A stretch of DNA of 63,201 bases, filler included, from Collodictyon triciliatum (taxonomy: Eukaryota): the NCBI GenBank assembly GCA_043381765.1. It is 6 parts of 6 records of this genome, joined end to end, with 100 filler letters (N's around TTAATTAATTAA, not from the genome) between each part and the next. Parts side by side here need not be neighbours in the genome. Positions count along the whole stretch, not along the records: positions 1 to 12,398 come from JBHJMP010002184.1; 5 more parts are not named here. The stretch is one strand, 5' to 3'. A program made the translations under genes and the position numbers. The notes beneath the pieces were generated by a model. It worked only from the letters and a program-made list of their open reading frames with translations. It had not been told where the DNA came from and did not search any database. How positions within the stretch are numbered: position 1 is the first letter of the stretch; the number at the start of each line of letters is the position of its first letter. This document shows, one piece after another, positions 1 through 12,498 of this stretch.

Positions 1-81
<81 letters not shown>
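1..81. repeat. (ATT)n microsatellite
   Basis: Perfect ATT trinucleotide run at the start of the window. Confidence 0.95.
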
Positions 82-93
82 TGATTTCCCAGG

Positions 94-3000
94 TCAACGG
101 CATGTTGATATTGAGTTGTATTTTAAAAAAAAATTACGAGGCGAATTCAACGAAGGAAAATGAGTCTCCTTTGTTTTTGCCTTCACTTTGCCTTTCTTTT
201 TTGGTCGACTTTTCTTGTTCTCTTTATGAGTAGATTCTGTTTGTAAATTATTTTCATTTATTTGATTCAAATGCAAGTGGAATCTGAATTAATTTAAATT
301 ATAGAAAAAAAAAGAACATGTTGTATAAAAATAAGAAAGGAATCGGTATAACCTTCTCCAGTATCACTATTCCCTGCATTTGAAGATTCGTTAGTTGATT
401 CAGACCCACTTGTATCCACGTCGCCCATGTCACCCAAGGGCACCCCGGCAACTTGGTATTTTCGTGTCTTAGATCTTAGAAATCCAACCAATTCACTCTC
501 GGACAAAAGACAAGATTGTAAGTACGGAGAAAGAGCTCTAACCACCTACATATTGAATTTTTGAATTATGCGCTCGATAATTTATCTTCGAGACAAAAAA
601 TATTCGAACACTGCCGCGACCACTTGGGACAAATAAAGATTATGTTCGTGAAGCAAAATCGAATAAAGGGGAAAAAATGTTCGTGAAGCAAATAGAGCCT
701 AAGAAAACGGAAGATGATATAGACAGAGGTGTATAGAAAAGGAAAAGTCATAAACCTTTTCTATGTTATCAATTATATTGGCCTGTTTTAAAGGTGTGTC
801 TTGGACGGAGGAACTGTGTTGTTTATCTAAACCAAGTTGCTTTCTAGTTTCCTCTGCCTTTGCGATTGCAATTAATTCTGTTAGCTCTTCAAGTGTTAAA
901 TTTTTTGCAATCTTGTCGGGCTGTATGGGGAAAGGAAAATTCATTCTCGCGTTAAAGAAGGACTAGAAATATCATATGTAATGTTAGATCAATTTATACC
1001 AAACAGTGGTCGTTTATTGATAGCCTCAAGCCTTTTATTTTCAAGGAATAAATATACATATCTTTTGAAGAAAAACGCTTGGAGAAAGTAAATACTCTGA
1101 TATATACTTTAACGTAATATCTTACCAATTGTATTCGACTTGATTTGATGAGAGCCTCTTTGGCTTGTTCCGCTACAAAATATTTGTAATGTATCATAAT
1201 CTCCAAAGAACAAAGTTCACAAATAAAGACATATAAACGATTTTCTCTGTTGTAAATGAGAGCATATATCATAATTTCCATCATATGAAATCCAGTAAGT
1301 ACATACTGCTCAAGTCTAAGGTCACTTTTTTCAAATCAAGAGACAATTGGGACTGTCCTTGTCCAAACTCGCTTACACTACGCGAGCGTCCTCGGGCGGA
1401 TATGGCCTTCGATATAATATATATACATAAAAACTTCGATTTTATATGCAAGAAAACGATACAAAAATTAAGTTTTCCTATATTTTTTTTATCAGCGACA
1501 AACAGAGTGCAGGGGAAATTAATCCGGTGTATGAACCAATATGTTGACTTCAACAACGAATATTCAAATAGGAGGGAAAGGAGATGAAGATACGAAATAG
1601 TCAGGATTCCAAATATATCAGAACAACCCCATTCACAGACGGCCCCAATTTGTCTTTTGATCCCGTCGTTGTACCTCGGCTACTTCTCGCAGAAACCTTC
1701 CAATATATAATTTATGTGGGTTTCTCCAATTGTATAGAAATAAAAATAAAAATATCAGTTTAAATAACACTTATTTCCATATTTGAACCCACAGAATAAT
1801 AATTTCTTGACTTACGCCACCATTGTCGGCATCTCCCATTCCGCTTACTTCAAGTAGTGGTATGGTCCCCTCCTATTTACTCATGGCAGTTCATAATTAA
1901 TGACATATGAATAAAATAAAATGGTACCTTATACAGATCGGCTATGTATATCAACATGAAATACCCTTATGAAGGAATGTCTGTGCTTTAATCCAAATGA
2001 TTCTGCGCCATTTAGTCCAATAGATCCACTCCCAGGGGCAGATTCATTCACCATATCTGTGACTATTTGGATGCTGGGAACGTCGGTGATAGGTTGTAGG
2101 CATTGTTTTTCGCTGGGTGATAATTGCTCTTGTGGAATAATATGCTCTGATGTCCCACGGGGTGTCTCATGGTTCTGGTTAAAGTCTTCACAGCTATTGG
2201 ACTTCTATGTAAAGATATTGAAAACATCTTCTTCATGACTCCCAATAGTTAACAATTGCCAAGCGTGTATATTACAGTCTTGAATTTCTCTTCTTGGTTA
2301 TATTTTTATATAAAAAGAAATGAAACAAAGTAAATTTAAATCATAATTATTGGGAAATGGCATATCATAACTTCATCTTTTTAAAAAAAAAAAAAATTAC
2401 CGAATGGGCTGTAGTTTCATTCAAAGTGGAGTTTTGAAAGGGTATGTCGGATATATCACTGCCTATTCGTAGCCATCTGGGTCTGTTGGAATCATCCCCA
2501 TTTCGCGTCGCATCATCATCACTGAGGGAGTCGTATGCATATATTCCTTGCTCTCCCCGTAATCTGTGTTGTAACACTGATGACAAGAGGAACAAAGGAG
2601 AGAAAAAGTGCATTATTAGATATGATATGTGTAGTAAGCATAATAATACCCACTCTTTAGTGTATAAAGATATGTACATGAAGCATACTTCATAATTGGA
2701 AATACTTTCTAGTTGAAACTGTCCTTCGAATCCGGATATATTATCTTTGATCATCGCCTGTGACTGGAGTATATCTTTCATTTCGTTCTCCTTCTCTTGG
2801 AGACTCTTTTCCAGAGACTTTACCTTTTCTTCTAACCTAGTCAAAGATGGGTCGCATAATTTTGATTAACTTCCAAATTAATAATAGGTTTATTACATAT
2901 TCTCTTTTTGATAAATGGAAGCGAGGATAGTTTAGCCTCGGGTAGAGATTAAATTGATATCATAATATGATTGCATTATAAAGAATTTTGTGTCATTTAA

Positions 3001-6000
3001 CTTTCTAAAAAAAAAAAAATCATTTGCAAGTTTATTGATTTGGGGTTTTTTAGGGGGGAAACACAAACATGGTTAATTGGGCCTCCTTATCTCGGTTCTC
3101 TATTGTGTTCATACAAGTTTGAATAAGTATGTCAAAAGCAGCGAAGATAAGTCAAAGTAACCTTTCTCCAACTTGCTTTGTACCTCACTTCCATAGTTAA
3201 GATACATTTCAAATAATACGCAATACCGATTCCATATCTTCCCTATAAGGTGCCCTCTATCGACACATTGCACTGAAACCTGTGTAAATTAATCAGTCGT
3301 ATTTGAACATTAATAAAATAAATCATCCTTCAAGAAAACAGAACGTTTTTGGCCATCTATATTTGAAAACAAATCAAAAGATATTACCGAAGCAATTAAA
3401 ACTTTATATGTTTTCGCTTTTATACTAAGAATATATGTCGATTGTTTTAGATGTATACCTGTCGGACGATTTCATGTAAGCATATTGTGTAAAGAAGGTG
3501 TGTTTCTTTGGCAACAACTAAATCCATATTATTATGAATATCGGACAACAATAACTGTTTTCTTTTGTTTCTCTTTAAAAAAGAAAACCATTTTCATTAA
3601 GAACTGAAGAAATCCAAGACATAACTACTTATATAATTGAGCTTTTTTCTAAAAGGGTAAAATTCTCCAAGCTTGGTAAGATTTATTTTTATTGAATGGA
3701 TATTTAAGGTATATATAAAAATCAACTGTAAAGGGAAACACGTAATTTCATATGACATATGTTTTGTGGCTAATCTTGTATCTATTATTTTCTAATTACA
3801 ATGATGTGCTCCATGGGTAAAATAAATCATTATCACTAGACTACCTGTAACATTTTCACTCTTTCCAATAACCCTCTCCAGCATAGCATCCATCCATTTC
3901 TCGAGCATGATAACATCCTACATGAAAAGGATATTTAAAATGATAATAAGGCCCATAAATTGGGGTGATTATATCAACGGATAAATACCTTGTGACTCAA
4001 TTAGAGATATGAATCAGAAGAAAATCAATCAGCTTTATGTGAAAAATATGATTTTATGAAATCACAGTTGATCTGTTTTTGGTTCAGTTATTTGACTGCT
4101 CACATTTCTCGAAGTCGGTGTATTAGCAGGAAACGTTGTGACTTTCCACAACCTTTTAACTGCTATAATACATATGGGTGAAAAGAAGAGAAATGGAATC
4201 ATGAAAGTATATTGGATGGATTTTTGATGGAATCAAGAAAATAATATCACCATATAATATTATTAGTTTGAAAGTATATATAATTTTAATATTTGAATAT
4301 GATCTGGAGAAATAAAAAGAAAGCAGGTTATTTGTTCAGGGTATACAAGCAATTTTGAATAAATTCATGTATAATTTATACACCTATTTGATTATCTTTT
4401 TTTACATATTAAATTGATGATGTGTTTGAATCGAGTAAAGGAAAAAATTGATAATGTGTTATAATCAACAAATAATCCCCATACAAGGCATACCTTCATA
4501 TTCACCGTGGAGGTTAGGGTCGGATGGCGGAAGCGGGGATCGCTCATATATTTGAAAAGCCTATTGAGAACATTTTTATTATTGTATATTCATAAATCCA
4601 TGCATTTCAATATAATAGTTTTGTAGATCTAATTGACATGTAAATTAAATGCTATAGACCTTGGGAATTTTTGTTGGAAGATGACCCCCTTGAGGTGATA
4701 TAGGAGGACTATGTTCTTTTTGCCCACTTCCAAAGCTATCCTGCAAGCATACATTAGTACTGAAATAATATAAGGGAGATTCAGTTCTATTTTACATTCA
4801 GACAATATTTAAAAATCCTCTAATATCGTCGGTAAAAGAATACACGTATAAAAGTGAATTTTTAATTCTACTATTCTTTAAATTGAATGGATTGGGCATT
4901 ATGATATAATCATATACTACTAAATATTCTTTCATTAACCTTGTTTAACCTGCGTATATCTACCCCGTGAGGTGGCATGATGAAAAAACAATAGTCAGTG
5001 TATTGGGTAAACTTCTCCATATACCACTAACGGTATTAACATCAAAAATTACGAGGAAAAATTTCCAACAATAGGTCTATGTTTTTTTCCCTTTATTTGA
5101 TTCAATTGAAGGAAGAGGGTTCAGATTATTTTTTTTACAGTACCAATCGCTCTATGTTATTATCTCACCGAGGGAATCATAATAAAACTGGCATCTTCAG
5201 ATATGATATATTATTATTCCAAACATGTTATCATTAAATATAATTTTACCGTCTAACGGATTAAGTGAGAGCAACAGTTCACCAGATTCAGGTATTTTTA
5301 TCCCTCTACGTATATATAAGAATCACATAAGTAACCCTCTAAAATAAAATATTCCATTATGTCATATCGAATATTATATTTTTTATGCTTCCTTTCAATT
5401 TTGTGCAGGATAGTGAAATATCGAATATTATATAAAATGTCATCACCAAAATTGCTTTCATAAGACAACGATTCTTTCAAATAGATGTATATCAATAATG
5501 TATCGATAATACAAAGTCAAAAAGATCAAATCCATAAAATTATGACGAGAAAATTATATTCTCGCACCGAGATGTAGGTCTCCCCTCAGACGGATTGATA
5601 TCTGGTACGAACAATATTCATTATCAGATGAAAATAAATGCAGAATAAAGATGATGACAATATAGAAGAATTTTTTAAGTCTACAAAGAACAAGGTGATG
5701 AAATGAACTCGTGTGTCAAATTTAGATATCTGTACATGGATTTATTTCTATGACAATAACCCACCTTTGAGCTCTTTTTCGAAAAAGTTTGGGAATTCCT
5801 GCTCGATCGCGGCTAAAAGAGATATATTATGCTGTCCAATTGCTTCGAAGGGATCCATGTGGTGTCTTTCACGGTCTTTGGAACCTCCTGTGGGTGTGGC
5901 AGTGCCCTTTGTAAAATTATAATAATAATTGTTATTATACAAAACACGACTGCTGCTTCGAAATATTCAATAAAGGTATAAATCAACAGGATCAGAGCAG

Positions 6001-6253
6001 GAGCCAGGGTGCAAATATTGATGCTAGAATGTATCTCACTCGCCTTTCGTTCAGGCGAAATGTTCCCTCGAAATGTCGAAGCGCGACCTGTCTGAAGCCC
6101 TGGGCGAGTTTGCACGGAAGCGAGAGATTCCTTCAAGCGCAGATCCGGTAGTCGATCCCTGACGGTATCTGGCGTGCGAGACCGACGAGTGGGCAAATCT
6201 CGGGAGCGGCTAAGTCGGTCTGGGAGACCGGCTGCGATGGATTCACAAGACAT
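94..6253 (-). CDS. Multi-exon axonemal dynein light chain domain protein (p28/AXDND1-like) with long coiled-coil/low-complexity C-terminus; 3' end uncertain
   Basis: ATG at 6253 (MSCESIAAG...). GT-AG splicing of exons near 4100-4165, 3845-3918, 3458-3520 and 3165-3280 gives KVTTFPANTPTSRN|DVIMLEKWMDAML...LYTICLHEIVRQ|VSVQCVDRGHLIGKIWNRY. This matches the Ax_dynein_light pattern (P.TR.DV..L...LD..L; F.ELIRQV...C.ERG.LL). The terminal exon is not resolved. Confidence 0.7.
642..692 (+). mobile_element. Ultra-short retro-type insertion, tail family A (19 nt) with 16-bp TSD
   Basis: ATGTTCGTGAAGCAAA at 642-657 and 677-692 flanks ATCGAATAAAGGGGAAAAA. Confidence 0.8.
4411..4460 (+). mobile_element. 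Ultra-short retro-type insertion, tail family A (18 nt) with 16-bp TSD
   Basis: AAATTGATGATGTGTT (4411-4426) and AAATTGATAATGTGTT (4445-4460), one mismatch, flank TGAATCGAGTAAAGGAAA. Confidence 0.75.
5364..5433 (-). mobile_element. Ultra-short LINE 3'-end insertion, tail family B (38 nt) with 16-bp TSD
   Basis: ATATCGAATATTATAT at 5364-5379 and 5418-5433. The insert reverse complement TTCACTATCCTGCACAAAATTGAAAGGAAGCATAAAAA matches the LINE 3' end at 17350-17388 and 36705-36745. Confidence 0.85.
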
Positions 6254-6883
6254 GTGATTATGTCCCCATCATTTAGAAATTAGTTGGTTAAAGAGAAGGC
6301 TATGGATACGACTGCATACCCCTGCTACCAGGTCGGATTTGATCTAGAGGAATTGAACTGAAACTTTGACTGCCGGACTTTGCAGCTCCCCCCACACCAA
6401 AGGCATTTTCCTAGATTAACAGTTGATAAACTGTGTAAGTATTATTCTAAACTACATCCTCTCATCATCACTCCACTAGGCATGCGGTTGGGAAACCATA
6501 TCTGCTTCACACCTCAATAAATGCAGTTGCAGGCTGAGACCCTGAGCGATAGAGGATGTCGTATACATTGGATATCTATGGTTATTGAGAGAGGGATATA
6601 TAAGTCAAGAACTGAATGAAATGACTAGGTTATTTGGGTTGTGTGGTATCAGTATTAGCTCAGTAGCCTATAGTTTTGACCATCTTTGTTCCAGTGAATT
6701 TGAAAGAAAAAAAGAGGTTATTATAGAAAAGAATCAGGTTACATAGTATTAAACTAATGGTAATTCACAAAACTGGTGGAAATGGATGTTCCTCGCTTCG
6801 TGAGTCTCCTGTTGGACTTTGCATACTCCAAAGATTGACCTTTTAGTTTCAATTGAATAAAGAGGGGAAAATATTGAACCTTT

Positions 6884-6974
6884 ATTTCTACGAGTCTTAC
6901 TATCTCACCCCTTTGTATGGCATAACCTCGTTGCACTTTGAATCGAATAAAGGAAAAAATTTCTACGAGTCTTA
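6884..6974 (+). mobile_element. Short retro-type insertion, tail family A (59 nt, longest copy) with 16-bp TSD
   Basis: ATTTCTACGAGTCTTA at 6884-6899 and 6959-6974 flanks CTATCTCACCCCTTTGTATGGCATAACCTCGTTGCACTTTGAATCGAATAAAGGAAAAA. Confidence 0.85.
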
Positions 6975-7273
6975 TGATGAATCGTGAATCTTATGGTCCC
7001 ATTGGGTGCTATGTAATTGCTTGGGCTACAGCCAGATGCCTTCCATTTATCTATGCATTTACTTGTNNNNNNNNNNNNNNNNNNNNNNNNNNNNNNNNNN
7101 NNNNNNNNNNNNNNNNNNNNNNNNNNNNNNNNNNNNNNNNNNNNNNNNNNNNNNNNNNNNNNNNNNNNNNNNNNNNNNNNNNNNNNNCTTTTTGTCTTTT
7201 TGTCTTTTTGTCTTTTTGTCTTTTTGTCTTTTTGTCTTTTTTTACTACACCTACCAAACATGCTGTAAACTAG

Positions 7274-7548
7274 ACATGCCGTTGCTGGGTGCAGGAAAAG
7301 CACATCCTCTCTGTTGGCATACACCTGCCTGGACAAATGCCTTTGATATGATTGGTTCAGAAGATGTGCCTGGCGGCATGAAAAGCGAGGTAGGCACATA
7401 TCTATATGCTGAGCCTCGTAGAGATAAGTGTCTTACTCATAATAGAACGCAATAAGCGCGTCATTGAACCAGCGCGGAGCCGCGATTAATGCGCAGTCAG
7501 AGCGCCTCAAAACAGAGTCGCAGAGGCTCGCAACTATTGGATCCATTC
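7274..7548 (+). CDS. Two possible internal exons of an unidentified gene
   Basis: AG|7274-7389|GT and AG|7446-7548|GT join in frame (…DVPGGMKSE|NAISASLNQRGAAINAQSERLK…). No family recognised, and both sides are flanked by gaps. Confidence 0.3.
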
Positions 7549-7766
7549 GTGCCTTCCCTGTCCTCGTTTTTATTCGTCTATTTTGTAGTTCAATGTATAT
7601 GGGTCTTTTCGTTCTATTGCCGAGTTTATTATCTGGTAAATGCCTGTTGCTTTATTTTCTTATGTTGCTTTTGTTGGTATGCTGCGTTGTCTTTGGTTTG
7701 GGTTGTGTGGCAACTCAAAAAAGATACTTGATTTATGTTAGGTTTTGCATCTGTAAGGTGAACCAA

Positions 7767-9112
7767 TGTTTTATGGTTTTTTATGGTTTTTTTATGGTTT
7801 TTTATGGTTTTTTATGGTTNNNNNNNNNNNNNNNNNNNNNNNNNNNNNNNNNNNNNNNNNNNNNNNNNNNNNNNNNNNNNNNNNNNNNNNNNNNNNNNNN
7901 NNNNNNNNNNNNNNNNNNNNNNNNNNNNNNNNNNNNNNNNNNNNNNNNNNNNNNNNNNNNNNNNNNNNNNNNNNNNNNNNNNNNNNNNNNNNNNNNNNNN
8001 NNNNNNNNNNNNNNNNNNNNNNNNNNNNNNNNNNNNNNNNNNNNNNNNNNNNNNNNNNNNNNNNNNNNNNNNNNNNNNNNNNNNNNNNNNNNNNNNNNNN
8101 NNNNNNNNNNNNNNNNNNNNNNNNNNNNNNNNNNNNNNNNNNNNNNNNNNNNNNNNNNNNNNNNNNNNNNNNNNNNNNNNNNNNNNNNNNNNNNNNNNNN
8201 NNNNNNNNNNNNNNNNNNNNNNNNNNNNNNNNNNNNNNNNNNNNNNNNNNNNNNNNNNNNNNNNNNNNNNNNNNNNNNNNNNNNNNNNNNNNNNNNNNNN
8301 NNNNNNNNNNNNNNNNNNNNNNNNNNNNNNNNNNNNNNNNNNNNNNNNNNNNNNNNNNNNNNNNNNNNNNNNNNNNNNNNNNNNNNNNNNNNNNNNNNNN
8401 NNNNNNNNNNNNNNNNNNNNNNNNNNNNNNNNNNNNNNNNNNNNNNNNNNNNNNNNNNNNNNNNNNNNNNNNNNNNNNNNNNNNNNNNNNNNNNNNNNNN
8501 NNNNNNNTTTTATGGTTTTTATGGTTTTTTATGGTTTTTTATGGTTTTTTATGGTTTTTTATGGTTTTTTATGGTTTTTTATGGTTTTTTATGGTTTTTA
8601 TGGTTTTTATGGTTTTTATGGTTTTTTATGGTTTTTTATGGTTTTTTATGGTTTTTTATGGTTTTTATGGTTTTTTTTGGTTTTTTTTTGTTTTTTATGG
8701 TTTTTTTATGGTTTTTTATGGTTTTTTATGGTTTTTATGGTTTTTTATGGTTTTTTATGGTTTTTTATGGTTTTTTATGGTTTTTTTATGGTTTTTTTAT
8801 GGTTTTTTTATGGTTTTTATGGTTTTTTTATGGTTTTTTTTATGGTTTTTTTTATGGTTTTTTTTATGGTTTTTTTTATGGTTTTTTTATGGTTTTTTTT
8901 ATGGTTTTTTTTATGGTTTTTTTATGGTTTTTTTATGGTTTTTTTATGGTTTTTTTATGGTTTTTTTTATGGTTTTTTATGGTTTTTTATGGTTTTTTTT
9001 ATGGTTTTTTTTATGGTTTTTATGGTTTTTATGGTTTTTATGGTTTTTATGGTTTTTATGGTTTTTATGGTTTTTATGGTTTTTATGGTTTTTATGGTTT
9101 TTATGGTTTTTT
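7767..9112. repeat. (ATGGT5-8)n satellite with internal N gap
   Basis: Tandem ATGG followed by 5-8 T on both sides of the 7820-8507 gap. Confidence 0.95.
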
Positions 9113-9554
9113 ATTCAGTTTGTGTAAAACTTCGGTAAGACTCATTATTTTGCATGCTTTTTATTTTCTTTCTAGAATATGTACATGTATGTGAAGTTAT
9201 CTGTCCTTTTTACCTACTCACAGACATAAATGAGCACAGTCTCACACTATAATTACGGATATATTCATATTCAATATTTATGCTGTTTTCAGCTGTGGAG
9301 AAACATAAACGAATTTCATAATATACTAGTAACTCATAATTGTATCTCACACAAAAAAAAATGATATTTTTGACAGTGATAAAATAGACTCATATATCCA
9401 AATAAATCACTTCTATAAAGCCGCATCTTTTCTTTTAATTTGCATATATTTACCACCAAACAACATCAAGTTTCCTTCTCTTTTTTTTCTGCAGCAGTAC
9501 AAAGTAGGAGACTAGAAGACTCCAGTCGTGTGAGTGTACAGGAATAATCCAGCG

Positions 9555-10794
9555 ATGTATGTATTTTACTTGCTTGGCCTCTTGCGCGTCTGTCAACCAG
9601 ACGAACCGGGGCCCTTTTCCTGGGTGATGGCCTGGTATTCAGCATTTCCCTACCTTGTGGTTCCGTTTTATGTGGGTCTGCTTTGGTGGAGGCGGAATCT
9701 GCGGACTTTTTTGCAGTTGTGTTTGATGTTGTCCATAGTCACAATCAGCGAGGCGCTGCTCAAGCCAATTATCCGACAACCCCGACCATTAGGCTCATGT
9801 GACCCAACGTGTGTTTGAATGATATATTCATACTTTTTTTGTATGTAGATAGATGAACATTTAATTGCTCTTCAAGTATGATGATTTTCAAATACTATGC
9901 AGAACAGAAATTCCTTCTTTTCTTTTGGCTTTATTTTATGGTTCATTGTTTTTTATATTGGGTACAATTCATTTAAAGATAGTTATAACACAAATTTTTA
10001 TATGAGTGCATGGATTGCGTTACTGTGTTCACACGATAAGATTGCGTGTTATTATGCAACAGAGTATTCAATCGAATTCGTTTTATGGCACGCAGGTTTG
10101 GGTTTCCATCAAGTCACTCTGCTATCTCTCTCTCCATGCTTGTATGGTCCGGATTGGAGGCTCTCGACACACGCACAGGAGTTGTTGACAGGTGGACCAA
10201 TTGCATCTTGCAGTGGGTCATATGGGCGCCCGTTCCATTCAGTCGGGTGTATGTATTATATTCTTCAATATTTTTTTTATTGGTGTCTTCCGATCTAACA
10301 TCACTTAGTTGTATCTTGTTTATGAATAAAATGGCGAAAAATCATCGGAATAAATAGGCTGACCTTTCTGTTTAATTTTGATGATTTTTTTTTTTTTGCT
10401 TTTTTATTGACTTGATTATTTTAGTTGTATTTTTTTTTATTTCTGTTCATCTCTTTCGACATCTTTCCATGTTGTTTTCATGCCTGCATCTACCCTTCTG
10501 CATCCATGATAGAATGTAAGTTTTTTTTTTCTTTGGCGAATCTTGTTAACAAATAAAAAAAAAAAAATGACACTGCTTTGTAGGTTTCTGCTTTACCATA
10601 CAATCTTCCAAGTATGCGTCTCGTCCAGCGCAGGTCTCTTCATCGGCCTGGCTTTCCATCTTCTGCTGAAAAACAGAGACTTTATGAACCGCCTCGACCG
10701 GACGTGCCGAGATTACAACCTGTATAACCCTTACACAAAGGCCGACAAAGAAGGTCTCCCGTTTGTTGTGGTTTACAAGCACACTATGCAGTGA
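9555..10794 (+). CDS. DOLPP1: Dolichyl pyrophosphate phosphatase (PAP2 family), 3 exons (9555-9808, 10096-10248, 10584-10794)
   Basis: The spliced product carries all three PAP2 motifs in the DOLPP1/CAX4 form: KPIIRQPRP, GFPSSHS and SRVFLLYHTIFQV. It also has several hydrophobic helices. Confidence 0.85.
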
Positions 10795-11004
10795 CTTTGC
10801 CAGATACAAGGAATAAGAGCTGCGCCCGCCAAAATGATAAAAAGGACAAACGAATGGGAATATTTATAATAGTGAACGATGCAGACTGAATGATGTGTGT
10901 GTGATCCGGATTTTCTGAGAAAAATAGCAATTCTCTGCGGAATAGTTCCAAGTTTCTCCGATCAAGTCGTGTTGGTGTCTTCCTGCTTCTTTTCTGTATT
11001 CTGT

Positions 11005-11337
11005 ATTCTTTTTCGTTCTTTTTTCGTTCTTTTTTCGTTCTTTTTTTTGTTCTTTTTTTTGTTCTTTTTTTTGTTCTTTTTTTTTATTCTTCCTTTCAAC
11101 TTTTGTGCAGTTTGTTCTTTTTTTTGTTCTTTTTTTGTTCTTTTTTTGTTCTTTTTTTGTTCTTTTTTTGTTCTTTTTTTGTTCTTTTTTTGTTCTTTTT
11201 TTCGTTTCTTTTTTCGCTCTTTTTTCGTTTATTTTCTATTTCTATTTCTATTTCTATTTCTATTTCTATTTCTATTTCTATTTCTATTTCTATTTCTATT
11301 TCTATTTCTATTTCTATTTCTATTTCTATTTCTATTT
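11005..11337. repeat. (GTTCT7-8)n followed by (TTTCTA)n simple repeats
   Basis: Directly visible tandem units. Confidence 0.9.
11077..11110 (-). mobile_element. LINE 3'-end fragment (tail family B) inside a simple repeat
   Basis: TTTTTTTTTATTCTTCCTTTCAACTTTTGTGCAG is the reverse complement of the family B tail. A TSD cannot be resolved inside the repeat. Confidence 0.7.
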
Positions 11338-11459
11338 TATTTCTTTTTCCTTCATCTTTCATTTTTCTGGGGGCTATGCGCCTCATGAAAGCACTGTTGT
11401 GTGATGCTGAGTCGCGGTACGCCTTCTTACTGATATTTTTTATTCTCTTCAAAAGGGAA

Positions 11460-11890
11460 ATGACTCGTTTTCTTGTTGTCGTGCTGTTTGCCTTTGTGGT
11501 CGCTTTTGTGCCTTTTGCAACGTCATATGATCCTCGGTTGGAGCAGGTAGCGATCCTCTTTCGATCTTTTTTATTGTTATTTTTCTGCTTTCTGCTTTCT
11601 TCTTTTTTTCTAGTTAACGACTAAAGCCTTTCTATATTTTTTTTTCCCTAGAAGAGCATCACTCGCATGTTTATTCATCTATTCCTCTATTCCTCTATTC
11701 CTCTATTCCTCTATTCCTCTATTTATCTATTTATCTATTTATCTATTTATCTATTTATCTATTTATCTATTTATCTATTTATCTATTTATCTATTTATCT
11801 ATTTATCTATTCCTCTATTCCTCTATTTAAAGATGGCACCCGACCTTATCCGGCTGGCCGTGAAGTGTATTCCGCAAGAATACCCAAATA
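11460..11890 (+). CDS. Possible secreted protein N-terminus, weakly resembling a histidine acid phosphatase
   Basis: Signal-peptide-like MTRFLVVVLFAFVVAFVPFATS, then RLEQV, and a downstream exon starting (H)GTRP. I could not splice a canonical RHGxR motif. Confidence 0.25.
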
Positions 11891-12282
11891 ATCCCGCTCA
11901 CTCGATGAATAGTGACCAAGGTTGCTAAACCGGAACCTTCTCTCAACCTCTCAGAACAACATATAACATCACTGCTTTTGGCTTTTGATGAAAACGTCCG
12001 AAGTCAACTTTTGCACATCCTCCTTGGATTTTCATATCTTTGGTTATGAACTGGTTATTATATTACTGGATGCTACCTAATTTATGCTATTTATCATACA
12101 TTAAGATGCAAGCACACCCAGAGCATTGCATCCTTCTTTTTTTGGCTGCTACGATTGGCACTCATCTGTTCATAACCACTGGCTTCTCATTCGTATCATG
12201 CGGTTCTGTTTATTCATACATGAAACTCCTTTGTTTCGTCGTTTGATACCTTCTAACATAGACAAAATAGTTGTGTCATCAA

Positions 12283-12398
12283 TGATTATTGTTGTTATTG
12301 TTGTTATTGTTGTTATTGTTGTTATTGTTGTTATTGTTGTTATTGTTGTTATTATTGTTATTATTGTTATTATTGTTATTATTGTTATTATTGTTATT
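12283..12398. repeat. (ATTGTTGTT)/(ATTATTGTT)n repeat at scaffold end
   Basis: Visible 9-mer tandem units. Confidence 0.9.
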
Positions 12399-12498
12399 NN
12401 NNNNNNNNNNNNNNNNNNNNNNNNNNNNNNNNNNNNNNNNNNTTAATTAATTAANNNNNNNNNNNNNNNNNNNNNNNNNNNNNNNNNNNNNNNNNNNN
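12399..12498. other. Artificial scaffold linker N44-TTAATTAATTAA-N44
   Basis: The identical 100-nt structure recurs five times, and the core gives stop codons in all six frames. Confidence 0.95.

Noticed and set aside
251-290. Decayed family A copy possibly supplying the stop codon and poly(A) signal of the dynein light chain-domain gene
   Set aside because: No convincing TSD and the terminal exon is unresolved, so this is too speculative.
2190-2300. In-frame TAG between two open stretches, suggesting stop-codon reassignment
   Set aside because: The TAG is better explained as a splice acceptor after a pyrimidine tract. The long calpain exon and all reconstructed genes read cleanly in the standard code.
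7464-9194. Long ORFs of 450-576 aa rich in F/Y/G/M/V/W
   Set aside because: These are translations of the ATGG(T)n satellite and an N gap.
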